64,000 nucleotides of DNA, from contig CM035352.1 in assembly GCA_020137815.1 (NCBI GenBank), positions 930,001 through 994,000 on the forward strand. The letters are read 5' to 3'. The stretch comes from Hormiphora californensis (Eukaryota; Animalia; Ctenophora). A program made the position numbers and the translations under genes. Positions 1-13,700 of the stretch are shown piece after piece; the stretch's first letter is position 1; the number at the start of each line of letters is the position of its first letter. The notes below the pieces were generated by a model. It searched no databases and was not told where the DNA came from. It saw only the letters and a program-made list of their open reading frames with translations.

Positions 1-604
1 ATTAGCTCCTTTAATTGACCCCGGAGAACTTCGAAAAGTAACTCATGTGATTCAGCGTATAAAAATTAGTGGGGATAGTGGGCAATGACATGAGTAATAG
101 CCCATTCTAAAAAGTTGCTAATTACCGGCTAATTATGCCAATTAGCACACTTAATTGACCTCTGAGGTGATTAAAAAGTAGCTCACGTGATTCAGCGTCC
201 CAAAATTAGTGGGGTTAGTGCTAAAACTTGATTAATTTAGAAAATTTCAATTTTTGTATTTTCCGGCAGAAAATCGTCAACTTTCCCTCCCCATTCCTAA
301 GGAATATTCGAGGAATAAATATCGGCATGCCGATTTTTCTTGCCGATTTTTTAAAATACAGATTCAATGAAGTTAGAACTGATCTCTGGTGATTTCATCC
401 ACATTTTTAATTTAAAAGGACCAAATGGAGGCATGTGTCCCCAAAACTTCGCACAATTGTGAAAAATACGAATGTGTACTGAAACACAAGGATTGTTTCT
501 ATCCTGAAATTTAAACATGGTCGCCGGCTGAAATCTTGCCGAAATTTAGGTCAACAGAGCTGACTTGCCGGAAGGAATGCCATTCCTAGATTCCTCACAT
601 TGTG
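1..604. mobile_element. Right end of a probable non-autonomous DNA transposon with a CACAATG (Transib-like) terminus; left end outside the window
   Basis: Duplicated subterminal block (ttaattgacc...gtgattcagcgt...aaaattagtgggg at ~11-80 and ~151-220). Ends ...cacattgtg at 604 (reverse complement CACAATG), followed abruptly by LINE RT sequence. Confidence 0.4.
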
Positions 605-1580
605 CCACCGGGCTACAATGCGATATTGGAGGACCTCGACGCGAACGCTGGAAGAGAAGTGGATGTCGCCTAAAGCATTTCACAAAGTGGATATCCACTA
701 TCCAGATCCTTTCAGTGAAACTCAATCGCTATATGGAATAAGAGGAACCCTATGGAAGTGGATACGATCATTCCTGACGGGGAAATTCCAAACTGTGGAT
801 GGGCAGTGTTCCCACCCTGAAGCAGTGATTGATAGTGTGATTCAGGGGTACTCGGCCCCATCCTCTACATCATCTACATAGCGGACTTAGCATCATCTGC
901 AAGTGGAGACATCTTCACTTTCGCACACGACACCAAGCTCCGACGAGCTATTGAAGCGATGATGGATAAGATTGTACGTACTACAGCACGATCTTGATCT
1001 GATTGCAGGCTGCCAGGCTGATCTAGAAGAAACAACATGTAGCAACATAGTGGAAAATTTGAGGTGTTCAACTACAAGCGGATGGCATGTTGGGTCTTAG
1101 GTGTGTTTAGAGACCGTTCTGAAAAAACAATGCTGACCCTCCTAGAGACCCCTGTGAGGGCCAAGCCCGAGTATTGCTCTCCCTTGTGGTCACCTTGTAC
1201 GCTGGGGAATATTCAACGACTGGAGGACGTTCAGCGGTACTTCACCCAAAAGATAGAGGAGTGCCAGGGGATGAACTACTGGGAACGACTTCAACACCTA
1301 AAGATACTCTCACTCCAGCGAATGAGAGAACGGTATATGATCATCCATACCAGGACTGGCTCCTACAATCCCAGGGATCACTTTCTACAGAGAAAAAGAA
1401 CGTGATGGAAGGAAAGCTACCGGCTACCCGCCCAAAGCTCTACGGCAATGCACAAAACTCTGTGAGAACAGCTAGGGATGCATTGTTCCAGATGAGAGCT
1501 GCGCTTCTCTACAACAGAATGCCGGAGAAAGTTTGACTGTGTACCACATTTGACAGCATCACAGTGGAACTGGGAAACAA
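605..1580 (+). mobile_element. Degenerate non-LTR retrotransposon reverse transcriptase fragment (CR1/Jockey group), frameshifted
   Basis: RT-like peptides across frames: KAFHKVD, YGIRGTLWKWIRSFLTGKFQTV, VIQG, FAHDT (decayed FADDT), EYCSPLWSP, YWERLQHLKILSLQRMRERYMII. Confidence 0.8.
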
Positions 1581-2039
1581 TCTCGCTACTACCCTCTTGT
1601 TAAAGGGTACCCCAGTCCTCGGGACAACTCACTAGTTGCTCTGCTAAAGGAAGGTATCTAACCAAAGAGCACCCCACCCAATACACCACACGCGGAAGCA
1701 TCAGCTGAGTTAAAACACACTTAACTGTACAAAATAGAAAAGAAACACGACTGTGCGGGTCTACCATATAGTGTCGTGTTGGTACACGGAGAATATGGGA
1801 AAGTGACACAACAACAGTGGCTTCACAATCCACCACTCTTGGTACACCACGCACACCCCATGCGACTTATAAACATCAGCTGAGTGCGTGTGTACTTATT
1901 TCTGTTAAGAAGATACCACCCTTTATAGGATTGTTATTCAGTTATTGCCGCAAATGTGACTTTTCAACAAGATACGTTTTTTTCTAGCACTTTTTTCATT
2001 TATGACTGTTCACCAATTCAAATAATGGCAAAAACAGAA

Positions 2040-2116
2040 ATGTGCGCGTCGCAATGTGCGCGTCGCAATGTGCGCGTCGCATGCGCGTCTCATGCGCGTC
2101 GCGATATGCGCGTCTC
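2040..2116. repeat. Short tandem repeat, unit ~ATGTGCGCGTCGCA, about 5 copies
   Basis: Seen directly in the sequence. Confidence 0.85.
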
Positions 2117-2219
2117 AACACATTCGGGGTGCCTCCATAGGGTCAGGCCAATGCTCTGACATTCGTTTCCCTACATAAAGGAAAGACATTCAGACGGGGC
2201 CATTTTAATGAATCAACTT

Positions 2220-4200
2220 TTTTGGAAGTGTATGTGTACTGGTGTATAAATGTGTCAATGGTGTTGCACCTGGCTACTTATCTGACCGAATTCAAAAAAG
2301 AAGGAGGAAATCTATTAGTCTCAGAAAAGATGACGACAACCTTCTCTTGGAGACACCAAGGGCTAGGTATAAACTAAACGAAAGTGCCTTCAGTGTATGC
2401 GGCCCGAAGTTTTGGAACCAATTGGCAAGAAGACTTAGATCTGCCGAATCCTTAAACAGTTTTAAAAGAGATCTGAAGACGCATCTGTTTGGAAAGGCAT
2501 TTGGGTAGTTTTGGTGTTAGAAGTCTTCTGTGTGGGTTGTGGTTTGTTTTCTGTCCTGGCGTTTGTGTTAGGCTTTGGTTGCATCGGGGGTTTGTAGTGT
2601 GGTCTTCCGGTGGAGTCTGTGAAGTGGTGGTGGGGTCTGTGAAGTGGTGGTGGTGTCTGTGAAGTGGTGGTGGTGGTATCTGTGAAGTGGTGGTGAGGTC
2701 TGTGAAGTGGTGGTGGAGTCTGTGAAGTGGCGGTGGAGTCTGTGAAGTGGTGGTGTAGCATGTGATGTGGTGGTAGGGTCTTTGAAGTGGTGCCTCTTTT
2801 GGCTTTGAAGTGAGGTTTTGAGGTGATCTGCTGAGTCTCGGTTTGGAGTTTTAGATTCATCGTGGGAAAGGCTGTGGGAAAGGCTGTATTGTGGTGAAGT
2901 CTCGGATGGGAGGTCTTTCCTTTTACGTCCTACATTCCTCTACTGTGCTACATTCCTATCATTACTACATTCCTATTTTGACTACATCCCCTATAACTAC
3001 ATCATCATCTGAAGTCCTTTCCTCCAACATATGAGTAGAGTAGGGGTCTGATATCATGTCAAGAGTGTCAAGTTTTTGAGTATATTTTCTGGTTGTATTA
3101 GGACAGTGTGTGTTGAGTTTCTTTCCTTTCTGGCTAGAGTAGAGTCATAGGTTCTTTGAGCGAGCGAGTGAGCCAGCCTGAGCAATGTTCAGTGAACATC
3201 ACGGAGGGTATTACGTTCTCGAAGACATCAAGACGATAAACATACATGGACTTTATACGAGTGTGTTTGGAGAATAGACTCTAGAGTTTCTAAGTTGGGC
3301 AGCTCTTAATTTTATATCTTCTCTATCCTAGTTACCTTAAAATTACTTATTAGAACCTAAATACTTACGTCTAGTACCGTTATCTATCTTACAGCTTACT
3401 ATAATTAGCTTAACGTTTTTATCGTACATTAAATTTTAAACCCAACCGCATTAATTAACTTATTCTGACTGGCCATTGCACTGGTCTCCTGCCTTTTTAT
3501 TTTTTACCGCTCCAATTAATTAATTTATTAACAGCTTTGTATTTAACCTATCTGACTGACCTCTGGTCTCTTGCTTTTATTTTTCTACCTCGTTATTCAT
3601 TAATTTATTACCAGCTTCTTTAGAATTTTCCATAGGCCATTTATTAGATCATAACCTTATATAGCAATTAATATGGTTAGTGTGTATTACCTTATCGGTT
3701 ATCCTGTTACAGTTACTTTATCCATTAACTAATTACTTAGCTATTCGCCTCCTTTTTAGATCACTAGCCTTTTACTTGAATTAATTATTAAACTATACTA
3801 CTTACTTAGTATTTACACTATGTACTTATTAATCAACAGTTAATTATCTAACTAGTTAATTATCTAACTAGTTAATTATCAATTATCTACCTAGTTAATT
3901 TCTCAATTATCTAACTACTTAATCACTCAACGAATTAATTACGCTATTTCTTAATTAGATATTTTATAACCCTTATTTTCTACATACATTTATATATATA
4001 TTATATCGAATGACTGCCGACGGTTTTTTAAGGCCTTTAGGATCTTATAATCCTATAAGAGCCGCTTTAGAAGGCTTGTTAGTGGTGGGTGCGTTGCTTC
4101 AATCGACTGATTGAAACGGCGTCCTCCTAGCACTAACAATGCATAGGCCCAAAAGCGGGATATAAATTATAATTGTATTTGTATTTGTATTTGTATTTGT
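2220..4200 (+). mobile_element. 5'-truncated L2-type LINE: ORF2 C-terminus (2242-2508), long 3' region and (TATTTG)n tail
   Basis: YKCVNGVAPGYL...AFSVCGPKFWNQL...SLNSFKRDLKTHLFGKAFG is a typical L2/CR1 ORF2 end. The 3' end GCGGGATATAAAT + microsatellite (4156-4200) resembles the 3' end of the full-length element at ~4917-4960. Linkage of this tail to the ORF is inferred. Confidence 0.6.
2625..2760. repeat. Minisatellite, unit ~GTGGTGG(A/T)GTCTGTGAA, about 6-7 copies
   Basis: Seen directly in the sequence. Confidence 0.85.
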
Positions 4201-4765
4201 GTGCACAGGCCACCAAACACCCAGCTCGTAACGGCGCCCTTGATCTTGGACTTTCGAGATAAGTGAGTTGAGAAAGAGAGTATCAATTTTCGAGTTTCGA
4301 CCTCGTTTAACGATCTTGCCGACCAAAAAAAACGGAAACTGGAAAGTTTGTTGAAAAGCGCTGTCTTATCCCAATTTCCAATAGGGTTTCCAATAGAGTT
4401 TGCCAATAAAGTTGGGTAAGTTTACATAACTTTTCCATTGCTTCTGCTTTTCTCTCTCCGTCTTTTTGGCCTTGGTGTCCACTGTCCGCGGACACCCGGA
4501 CACCCACGAGCGCCATCCCTGTTAACTTAAAGCGAAATTTCACATTAGGCTATTAAATTTCCATGCCACATCACTGCCCACGCGGATGCTTTTTGCTGAG
4601 TGCGTTGTTACGGTAGTAACTGAAACTTATTTGTAAAAATTGTAAATTATTCTGTCATGTGTTGCACAGTGATGGCCACCGCGTGATACAGGTTACATCA
4701 GCGAATAGGTGCGACAGATAAGAGGAAGTGGCCCCCACTCCCCAGCTAATATCCAAACTTTAGGG

Positions 4766-7700
4766 ATGAATGAGCCAGTGCTGAAACATCGCCGGGCGAC
4801 GTTTGAACGGATAGAGAAGTTCATTTCGGATCTTTATTTCACAGATGTCAATATTCGTGGAAGGTTTAACAATTTTTATTATTTTACCTTTTATTAATAG
4901 AAATTATCATCATTATTTATAATAATAATAATAATAACTATGTTTGTATTCCGCCCATATCCGACAGGGACAGAGCAGTAGAACTGTTGCTGTCACTGAA
5001 GGATGATCTGAACGGTTAACATACTTGAATATACCTGCCGACTTATCCTTAATATTGCACAAAAAATGGTAAAGAAAAAAACAACGGCCCACATAACTAT
5101 CGGTAACTGAAAACATAACAGACTGAGATAGAGTCCTGGAACTCTAAAAAGATGGTTTAAAAGTCCAATAGATAGAAAACACTCGTGCTATGAAAAAACC
5201 CAAAACGTGCTTCACACTTCTGCTCGCCACGAGCCAAAATACAGAAAAAATAAAACAGGTACCAGCTAGAGAACAAACCTCAGTAAGATGGAGAGAACAC
5301 TCCTAGGACAATCAGGATTCACCGAAAGCCTCAATGAAGAGACTAGTCTTTAGCTTAGACTTGAAAGAGTCCACAGAGTCAATTGCTCTCAGATCAATGG
5401 AAAGCTTATTCCAGATTTCAGGCAGATAAACCGACGGACGTCTCCTCCTCAACTTAGAAGTTGCATTCACACTGGATAGCTTAGGATACCTCAGCTTGAG
5501 GCCATCAGGCTGAGCGTTTCCTCTGGTAGTCCGGATCACATGTAGTCCATCATCCACAGGGACCTGTTCCTGCAGGTACACTGGAGCCAAGCCATGTACA
5601 ATCTTGTACGCCATTAAGCAAACCTTGAACTTAACTCGCTGTTCAATCGGGAGGACGTGCATTTCACTCAAGTAGGGCATGTAACTGTCCTGGTGACCAT
5701 ACAGGCCATACACAAATCTGACACATGAGTTCAGAACTCGCTGCAAGCTATCCAGGAGCTTCTTTGGTAAGCCAGAATAAAGGACATTACAGTAGTCAAG
5801 TCTCGAAACGATGAGTTGCTTCACCAGAAGCATCTTGGTCGGTTTATCCAAACATCGGTTAACCTGCCACAAATTCTTGAGAAGCATTCCACATTGCTTC
5901 TTAACACTGTTGATCTGCCTTTCCATCGAAATGTTACTGTCAAGGAATACACCCAGGGTCTTCCCTGCAGATCCAGTAAATTCCATAGGGCTGATTTCCA
6001 CTCCTCCAAAGCTTACTGTGGGCTGGAAGACCATCTTATCCAGAGCACTGCTCTTACCTAACAGTAAAAACTCTGTCTTTGCCTCATTACACTTAAGCCA
6101 GTGATCACTCATCCACAGTTTCACACTTGATAGACACTCCTCAATCCTCTCCTTCGCTGCATTCCAACCATCCTCGTCAGTAGGCACAAGACTGATGTAC
6201 AGTTGAGAGTCATCGGCGTATAGCTTAATCCTCAGACCAAAGGGTCTAACCAAGTCCTGGAGCTCCTCGACATACAACAAGAACAATACCGGCCCTAGCA
6301 GTGACCCCTGTGGAACTCCACATATCAGCGTGATGATCCTCGAAAGCTCCCCCTCCACATTAACTCGGTAATTCCTACACTGTAGATAGCTGGCAAACCA
6401 ATCCAGCACAGAGCCTTTCACTCCAAACTGTCCTTCCAGAGTCTCTAGCAGCTTCCCATGGTCCACTGTATCAAAGGCAGCACTCATGTCTAAAAGAAAG
6501 AGGCCAGTGACCTTTCCTTCATCAAGGTCTCGTAGTAAATCATCAAACATACCCATCAGGAGTGTTTCACAACTATGTCCCACCCGATAACCCGATTGAT
6601 GTTTGTTCAGTAACTCATTCTCATTGAGGTATGAGTTCAGCTGCTCTAGGACAACCTTTTCCAGTAATTTGGAGATAAACGGTAGGTTGGAGACTGGACG
6701 ATAGTTGGATAAGGAGTCTTTGTCCCCATGGGGGTTCTTAATCGTAGGAAAAACCAATGCTTGTTGAAGAATATCAGGAACTCTGGAACACTGGAGTGAT
6801 AGGTTTACAAACTTGCACAAAGCGGTGGCTAGCTCATCAATGCAACCTTTCACCAACCACGTAGGTATGAGATCAAGATCACAGGTCTTGTCAGGCATAT
6901 CTTTGATAATCCTGATTAGTTTCTCTGGGGAAACTTCCTCAAACTTTTCAAAACAACAGACAGGGGTCTGATGTAAAACATTCCTCGTTGTCCTCTGGTT
7001 CTGCTCCTCTAAAACAGTAGTTCGGATCCTCTCAACTTTTCCAACAAAGAAGTCACCAAAATCATCCGCTAGCTTCCTCTTATCACTTGTTTCTGGTAGA
7101 AAGGTTTCATTGTTTCCAAGAAGGCGGCTGAGCTTCCTCTGAAGTGCTTTTGGGTCATCCCTTGATTCCTCTAGATCATCTTTCACATACTTCATTCTCG
7201 CCTCTTTATCCACACGTCCAAACTGTCTCTTGAGGTCATTGAATTGCTTCTTCGTTATACTAGTTCTGTTGCTTTCCCAAGCCCTCTCGGCTTTCCTTCG
7301 TAGTCGAAGAACCTCACGCACCTCTGGATTATCTCTCCATGGCTTTATCTTCGCCCCTTTCTTCTTTTTCCTCTTCAGTGGGACAGTCCTCTCCACAAGA
7401 TCCTCGATTATCCTCGAATAAGCAGCCAAAGCATCCTCAGCAGATTTAGACTCCATCACCGCACTCCAATCCACATCTCCAAAAGCTCGCCTGAACAGTT
7501 CCAGGTCAACTGCCCTAAAATCCCTGTATGTGTCAATCTGTTCACGGGTTTTGTATTCACTTCTAGTAGTCTCGATTAACAGATCAGCTAAAACCATAAA
7601 GTGATCCGAAGTTGTCCCTTCTGGAAATATTGTCACTGATTGAACTTTGGAAACTCTGTCTTTTTGGCACAGCAAGAGATCAAGAGTACCTCCTCGAACA

Positions 7701-10700
7701 TGGGTGGGTTGCATTGGAACTAATTGATCAAACCCCAGAGAGTCAAGCAGTGCAAGTAATTTCTTGGCATAGAAGTTCTGGGTGTCGTGGACTTGGAAGT
7801 TAAAATCACCCATCAGAACGGGATATCCAGTTTTGCAGACTAGCTCGGACAGATAGTCATTAAACTCATCCAGGAACTGTGCTTCCGTATATCTTGCCTT
7901 GCCCGTGTAAGGAGGCCTATAGATATTGCACAACCTTGTAAGATCCTGCCCAATACCGATAAGGGCTTCCTGGACCTGGAATGATTTAAACTTAGTCTTT
8001 ACTGGTGTGTACTTGATCTTTACGCCATCCCTGTACAAGATCCCAATTCCTCCTCCAGAGCGTTCGGCCCTAGGAGAGGAGAAGATGTTCCAACCATAAT
8101 CTCTGATCTCCTGAAGTTTTGCAGTGTCACTTTGCTTCAGATAAGTCTCCTGTACCAAGCAGATGTCGCATCCTTTTTCCTCCAAGTGTGTAATTACACC
8201 TGACGTTTTATTCATAATTGAGTGAACATTTAGTGAGCCAATCTTCCAAGTCGTTTTCCTCTCAGGTCCTCCCATGCCCTCGTCTGATACAGGTTTTTTT
8301 CCTCCTTAGTCACGCCACTTGTGCTCTCCATGAGTCTAGCTTTAGCATTGATGTAGAATGGACACATACTGCTTGAGGCTGGGTGACTCTTAGCATGACG
8401 CTTGTCCTCTTTGCTTCCTCCATGATCACAGTTGACACATTTCATTCTGCTCACTACGTTATCCTTCTTGGCTTGGCAACTCCTAGTATCATGATCCCCT
8501 GTACAGAAGGCACAAACAGCAGATTTATCCTTGTTTGGACAGTAGATGGACCCTGCTACATGACCAAAGCGCTGACAGTGGAAACACTGAGTGACATAAA
8601 ACCTGTTCCTAACAAAGTGCTGTCGGAGCTTCAAAAAGAGCTTGTCCTTCCGGTCAGCAATCACCTTCCTCACCTCTGGGGTTACCTGAATCACAGCATA
8701 TCTCCCTGTCTTGTTAATATGAACCACCTTCACAACATGACCCTCCTCAACAAGCCTCTTCACTGACTCATTCTTATCACTGACAATCTCGGAGAGAAGA
8801 CTATCCTTCTCTAACAGGTCCTGATCAAGGTCATTGACCATTATCCGGGGATCCTTCTTCTTCTCTTTCTCCACTGCAGAAGACACATCAAGGAATGGGG
8901 AGAGAACCTCCTTCGCTTGTTCCATCTGATCATCCGTCTCAAACATCAGATTAGTCCGTCTCTTGTTGACAGAAAGATCTAACACCGGAATATTCTTCAA
9001 CGCTGTTTCCACTTTTGTTCGTACAACTTCGGTCCATTTCTTCTCACACATTGGTCCATCTTCCCCTTTGTCCTTGATTGTCAGGTACCTCTTTATCGGA
9101 GTCACAGGAGCCACTGCTCCAGTATTTGAGTCAGGAGGAGTCACACTGTCAGGGATGGTTCCTCGATCAGCTGCAAGAATCTTGCTAACCTTGGGAGCTA
9201 CTAGATCCGGAAGTGAACCTAGAAGATCCTCTTTCAGCTTTTCCAACGTCTCCTGTAAATCTCCTGCCGTGAATGAAGATACAGATTCAGATGAGTGGGT
9301 AGAGATGCGTCTGGTGTCCGGTAACAAAGCATACAGTTGTTTGATAACTGTCCATAAAATCGGTTTGGTAGTCCCCCTCGGAGGTTCCGCCGTATCATCC
9401 TTGATGCTCTGTGCTATGCTGGCACCTTTACAACTATCAGAGTAGCTCGTGGCGAGCAACTTACCCTCCATATCTGTCTTGCACATTATAACATCATGGG
9501 TAGCCACACCCGACATCCTGTCCTGTAAATAGAGGCGCGAGGAACCGTTCCTTGCAAGTCTTGGCGTCCTTGGTTATAACCCAACGAGGTCCTCTGAGAT
9601 CTGTTTACTTAGAAAAACCAGACACGTCTTCTCTTGTCTTTTCTTTAAGGAGAGGGATAAACAGAAGTCTCAGAAGGATTAGCGAGGGGCAGCAAAACGG
9701 ATCCTCAAATTAATTTGTTTAAAGTAGTGTTGAAAAGTTATATCATATATTTAATAGAAACTATCATCATTATAAATGCTTATGACTTTTTGAATTACGT
9801 GAACAAATATTCTTGTTTTCAGAATTGACTCCAAGATTTTGGACTGCTCTTTGTATCGTTCCACCTGCTCTACCAGCCAAATAGCCAAGTTTGAAGAAAT
9901 TAAAGTGGCCTCCTTCAAAGAAATTGGAGTTGGAGAAAAGTTCTTCCCATTGTGAGTTTATTCAGGACATGATATATATTGTCAAGTATGTAATTTCAGA
10001 TTAAATACAACTAATAATACCTATTCACACTGATATATATCTGGATTTGATCTAAATTCCTTCAGATGGTCGCAACATTGGGTTAAAGTGTCCGTACCCA
10101 AATCTATCCAATCTTCCTACCCGAACCTCTATCTGTCCTGGGACGTGGACGGAGCTGAGTCATTAGTTTGTGATGTTAATGGTTCTCCAATCCAGGGTCT
10201 CAGTTGCAAACGTCGTGAGATGAAACTTCCTGAAAACAGTGGCGATCTTTTCATTCAAGTATCATGTACAGGTACAAAACGAGATTTAAATTTAGTGCAT
10301 TTGTTTCAGTTAACAGCGATTAATAAGGTTATTGATAAGTTCCCTCATTTAGGTTTGTTTGGTGCCGGAAACAACGGGATGATAAACCCACCAGATGAAA
10401 GCAAGATCTACACCCTCTCAAAGGCACACTTCTTTGCACGAGACGAGTTGAAACACTCTGTATTCATGGACCTTTCCGTGCTGTTCGACATATGTAAATC
10501 AACAGAGCAGGAAACCTCCCTGAATTACGATGCCCTATACACGGGAAACAAGATTATCAATACGATTGTGACAGGAGAGCACAGCTTGGAATCTTACCAA
10601 AGGGCCAAAGACATCGGTTGTCGCTTCTTTTCCTCTCCTGATGGTTCGGGCGGTATCAGAGATACAGTCCATGTGATCGGGAACTGCCACATTGATTCAG

Positions 10701-13700
10701 CCTGGCTGTGGCCCTGGAGAGAAACCGTCCGGAAAGTAGCCCGTAGTTGGTCGACCACTTTGCGTCTGTTCGAGGATGGTAACAAGTTTAACTTTGCCGG
10801 ATCCCAGGTTGTACAGTTTGCCTGGCTGAAAGAACACTATCCAGAATGTTTTGCCAAGCTGAAAGAGGCCGTTAAAAAGGGGACAGTTTACACCAGTAGG
10901 GGGTACTTGGGTTGAGATGGATACAAACATTCCCAATGGTGAATCTCTAATCAGACAGTTCCTATATGGACAAAAATTTTACCGTGAGGAGTTTGGTATC
11001 CATAGCGACATCCTCTGGTTACCAGACACCTTCGGTTACTCAGGGCAACTCCCCCAAGTTATGAGACAGTGCGGTGTAACACGTTTCCTCAGCCAGAAGC
11101 TCAGTTGGAACCTGACCAATACCTTTCCACACCACAGCTTTATTTGGCAGGGTATTGACAGGTCCTCCGTCATTGCCCACTTCCCTCCTGGAGACACCTA
11201 CGAATCAGATGTTAATGTGAAGGATGTCATGAAAACTATCTCTAACAACAAGGACAAGGGACGAACACACCAACAGATGCTGCTATTTGGTCATGGTGAC
11301 GGGGGAGGTGGCCCTACTCCTGATATGATGGAGAGGTTGGATCGGCTGGAAAAGGTACCCGGTCTACCCAAGATACATCGATCCTCTCCCAACGAGTTCT
11401 TTACCTCTCTGGAGGGGTCCAAGGAAGATCTGTGCAAGTGGTGGGGTGAACTATACTTTGAGTTACATAGGGGGACCTACACAACTCATGCCAAGTTGAA
11501 GGAGCGAAACAGAAAGTGTGAAATAGATCTGATGAACTTGGAAATGATTGCAACAACCTGGGAAGGGAGTGATAAAGGGAAACTTGAGGAGATGTGGAAG
11601 ATCGTTTTGTTTAACCAGTTTCACGATATAATTCCAGGCAGCTCCATTGGACAAGTTTTTAAAGATGCCATGACTGATTATGATAAATTTGATGAGATGT
11701 ACGCGGAGGAAATAGAGAGATTTAGGGGCTCATTTAGTGGAGAGTGTATCGTAAACCCATTTCAGTGGACCAGAACTGGAGTGTTGGAGCAAGATGGCCT
11801 CTACAAAATGTGTAGTGCCACTGCCATGACAGTTGCTCAGCCTATCCAGTGTGAGAAACGGGCTGGCTCAGGTGTGGGGGTGTTTGAGACTAAAGGCGGC
11901 TACAAACTCAGTAACTCGGAGATCAAGGCTGAATTCACCCACACTGGTGAGCTTGTTGCATTGCAGCAGAACGGGGAGAGTTACAACTATATCTCTGGAT
12001 GTGCTAATCGGTTCCTGGTGTTCGATGATGTTCCACTCTTTTGGGATGCCTGGGATGTCATGGAGTATCATGTTGAGACTAGGCAAGAGTTTAAACCCAC
12101 ATCCTGCAAGGTAAAACAATATCACTGTCTTCTCTCTTTATCTGACCTCAACTGTCTCTGCCTGATTAAATGGTGGTGGGGGCTATTTAAATCTGTATTC
12201 TGTACAGTTTCCGCCTAGTCATCATTCATCTCTCTCTCTCTAGATAGTGTTAGATAATGAGTTGCGGTGCTCCCTTGAAACAGAGGTGCCCCTTGGTGTA
12301 CATGGGCATATCACCTGTACCATATCCCTTGATAAGGACTCCAAGTATCTCTCATTTGTCTCAAAGGTATGCACTTCACTTCTTACCGTACAATTATACA
12401 TGCATTTCAAATACATAGTAATACTGTGATTCAAATTGACTACTCTCCCATAAAATAAAACTTCTTCTTTTTCTGTCAAGCTGGGACTTTTCGCCCATAA
12501 AATAAAACTTCTTCTTTTTCTATCAAGGTTGACTGGAAGGCTAAACACAAGTTCCTGAAAGTGGAGTTTCCCCTCTCGTTCAGTTCGGACCAGGCCCAGT
12601 ATGAAATACAGAGCGGACTGATCAGCCGCCCAACACACTCTAATACCTCCTGGGACAGTGCCAAGTTTGAGGTTAGCAACATTGAAACATTGCCATAGCA
12701 ATAGTAGAGGCAATAATTACACTCACCTCCTCTGATTTCTATGAAACTTCTCCCATGCTAAGAGGTGGCAATAGAGGTTCAAATACCGCAGAGTTTAAGT
12801 CTGAACAATGTTCGGTTCGTTAATTATCGCTAATTGAAAAACGCCAAAATGGCCTAAAATCGCCCTAAGTTCCGAATTGAAATTTTGGAGTTGAGACTCC
12901 AGACTTCGTAGAGATGTCCGCTAGGATGACAATATGCACCAAAATCGGACGGAAGCCTAAATTCGTCCGAATTCGGTACGAAAAGCCGGGTAGACTGATT
13001 TTTGGTCACGTGACATGGGTCCAAAATCAGTTTTTTGCCATTTACGCCTTTCCTGTACGTCGGAGACAAAAAATATGGCCAATACTTGTCATTTCCATCG
13101 CTTTCTGCATCTTTTAAGCCCCCTATGAATATCCCTTACTTCAACGGTTCAGAAGTGACGTCATTTAGTCTCCTGAAAAACTCTAACTTCTGAACCGTTG
13201 AAGTAAGGGATATTTATAGGGGGCTTAAAAGATGCAGAAAGCGATGGAAATGACAAGTATTGGCCATATTTTTTGTCTCCGACGTACAGGAAAGGCGTAA
13301 ATGGCAAAAAACTGATTTTGGACCCATGTCACGTGATCAAAAATCAGTCTACCCGGCTTTTCGTACCGAATTCGGACGAATTTAGGCTTCCGTCCGATTT
13401 TGGTGCATATTGTCATCCTAGCGGACATCTCTACGAAGTCTGGAGTCTCAACTCCAAAATTTCAATTCGGAACTTAGGGCGATTTTAGGCCATTTTGGCG
13501 TTTTTCAATTAGCGATAATTAACGAACCGAACATTGTTCAGACTTAAACTCTACGGTATTTGAACCTCTATTGCCACCTCTTAGCATGGGAGAAGTTTCA
13601 TAGAAATCAGAGGAGGTGAGTGTAATTATTGCCTCTACTACAACGGCTCCCTAACAATAGTTTTGTAGGTTTCAGGTCACAAATGGGTATATCTGGGTGA

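Larger units (their letters stand above)
4917..9750 (-). mobile_element. Full-length, apparently intact L2/CR1-group LINE in MAN2C1 intron 1, with 23-bp target-site duplication and (TTA)n tail
   Basis: TSD ttaatagaaa(t/c)tatcatcattat at 4894-4916 and 9751-9773 (1 mismatch); (taa)n on the + strand at ~4920-4937; two uninterrupted ORFs. Confidence 0.93.

Noticed and set aside
1598-1930. Possible solo LTR or MITE (tgttaaaggg...ccctttata)
   Set aside because: Terminal match is short and imperfect, and no TSD was found.
10272-10352. Apparent 27-aa insertion in MAN2C1 ([10 protein letters not shown]...)
   Set aside because: It is an 81-nt in-frame GT-AG intron; removal restores SCTGLFGAG.
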